Origin: Candidatus Peregrinibacteria bacterium GW2011_GWA2_33_10
Lineage (GTDB): Bacteria; Patescibacteriota; Gracilibacteria; UBA1369; GWC2-33-13
Assembly: GCA_000989565.1 (NCBI GenBank)
Contig: LBOO01000007.1
Span: 5,202 to 69,201 of the forward strand
Length of the DNA: 64,000 bases
Direction of reading: 5' to 3'
The notes beneath the pieces are model-generated. The model did no database searches, was not told the DNA's origin, and saw only the letters and a list, made by a program, of their open reading frames with translations. Positions 63,143-64,000 of the stretch are shown one piece after another. How positions within the stretch are numbered: the stretch's first letter is position 1; the number at the start of each line of letters is the position of its first letter. The translations under genes and the position numbers were made by a program.

Positions 63143-64000
63143 ATGAAAATTGAAGTTAAAAAATTTGATTTTGGGGAAGAAAGTGATGTTTTGCGAATTT
63201 ATGAAAATTTGCGGGAGAAGAATAGTGTTTTTTTGTATAATGTGGCTAAAGGGAGGTATTCGATTATTGGCATTAAACCTTTGGCTAAATTTGAAGTTGT
63301 TAAAGATGATGAAATTTTCAAAATAAGTATTGAAGGTCAGAATGAAGATGAGGTAGAGGTGAAAAATTCCTCTGAAGTTTTTCCTTGTTTGGAAAATTTT
63401 TATCAGAATTTTAAAAATAAATTTACTGATAAAGAGTGGAGAAAGTTGGAAAGGGATATTCCTTTTAAAGGCGGTTTACTTGGTTTTTTAAGTTATGAAT
63501 TCGGTGTGGGATTGGAGAATATTCAGATTACTACGGAAGATGATGTTTTATATCCTTTGGTTTGGTTTATTATTCCAAGTATTAGTATTGTTTTTGATCA
63601 TCAGCAAAAGAAATATTGGATTGCTGTTTTTTATGAGAGTGAAAAGAGAATGCTGAATTTGTTTAAGCAAATTCAGAATAATATAAAACTATCAAAAAAA
63701 GAGAAAAGTTTTGTAAAAGTGGAGAATTTAAAATCTAATCTGAGCTTAGAGCAGTATGTGGAAAAGATTGAGCAGGTAAAGGAATATTTAACTATGGGAC
63801 ATAGTTATCAGATTAATTTTTCGCAAAGATTTTCCGCTGATTTTGAAGATGATTCTTATGAAGTTTTTAAAAGATTATCAAAGATTAATCCTTCCCCTTA
63901 TCAGGCTTTTATTGAGGGGGAAGATTTTGAAATTGTGTCTAATTCACCGGAAAGATTGGTTAGGGTTAGAGGGCAGGATAAGGAGTGGATAATTGAATCA
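63143..64000 (+). CDS. pabB: aminodeoxychorismate/anthranilate synthase component I family (PabB-like), 3-prime end outside the window
   Basis: Open frame from ATG 63143 to the window edge (not in the ORF track because it has no stop); GGLLGFLSYEFG and GHSYQINFSQRF match the chorismate-binding family. Confidence 0.75.
   Translation, partial: MKIEVKKFDFGEESDVLRIYENLREKNSVFLYNVAKGRYSIIGIKPLAKFEVVKDDEIFKISIEGQNEDEVEVKNSSEVFPCLENFYQNFKNKFTDKEWRKLERDIPFKGGLLGFLSYEFGVGLENIQITTEDDVLYPLVWFIIPSISIVFDHQQKKYWIAVFYESEKRMLNLFKQIQNNIKLSKKEKSFVKVENLKSNLSLEQYVEKIEQVKEYLTMGHSYQINFSQRFSADFEDDSYEVFKRLSKINPSPYQAFIEGEDFEIVSNSPERLVRVRGQDKEWIIES

Noticed and set aside
1-64000. Alternative genetic code (UGA as Gly or Trp, as in Gracilibacteria/SR1 or Mycoplasma-like lineages), considered because of the low GC and CPR-like gene content
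   Set aside because: Conserved genes are uninterrupted under the standard code. TGA serves as the stop of several well-delimited genes (for example 8464, 36778, 47772). The only tRNA-Trp seen has anticodon CCA.

Overview
AT-rich, tightly packed bacterial chromosome segment with about 70 protein genes and 2 tRNAs. There is no rRNA, no CRISPR array, and no intact transposase, integrase or phage gene. The standard genetic code is in use: TGA terminates conserved genes and tRNA-Trp has anticodon CCA. The many lipoprotein and hypothetical genes, the split transketolase and the short enzymes suggest a small reduced genome of an uncultivated CPR/Patescibacteria-like bacterium, but that placement is only an impression.

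Recognisable blocks:
- Cell envelope: PBP4 dacB, a split PBP2/FtsI-type transpeptidase, CapA, an SLH protein.
- Translation: smpB, rpmB, rpmG, tRNA-Thr, tRNA-Trp.
- Thiamine salvage: a TPP-riboswitch-controlled operon (CytX-like permease, thiM, thiD), with thiE and thiL elsewhere.
- Fe-S assembly: an Rrf2-sufCBDSU-DUF59 operon.
- Non-oxidative pentose phosphate and PRPP genes: rpe, rpiB, prs, split tkt.
- Folate genes (folB, folK, pabB), plus nadA, ndk, dcd, ald, bcp.

I did not find a clear-cut new multi-gene system: no defence operon, no reverse transcriptase, no Cas genes. What stands out is mostly non-coding:
1. Two families of tandem heptamer satellites, (CGTAATY)n and (GATCAGN)n. They sit precisely on gene ends, donate stop codons or C-terminal residues, are stop-rich on one strand and stop-free on the other, and sometimes occur as inverted pairs.
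2. A three-copy composite hairpin element placed 2-6 nt after stop codons, with compensatory stem changes between copies. It consists of CACGAAAACC-loop-GGTTTTCGTG, then GGCTTTCCTGCRAGNGGTTATTT, then a long A/T-clamped hairpin.
3. Decayed accessory DNA:
- a roughly 1 kb islet bounded by tRNA-Thr and a decayed copy of its 3-prime half, carrying a frameshifted lamin-tail-domain gene;
- a 27-bp perfect inverted repeat next to tRNA-Trp;
- toxin-antitoxin remnants (a hicA fragment and a frameshifted MNT nucleotidyltransferase);
- a stand-alone HEPN-like protein.

All functional calls rest on motif recognition by eye; none was verified by a database search.
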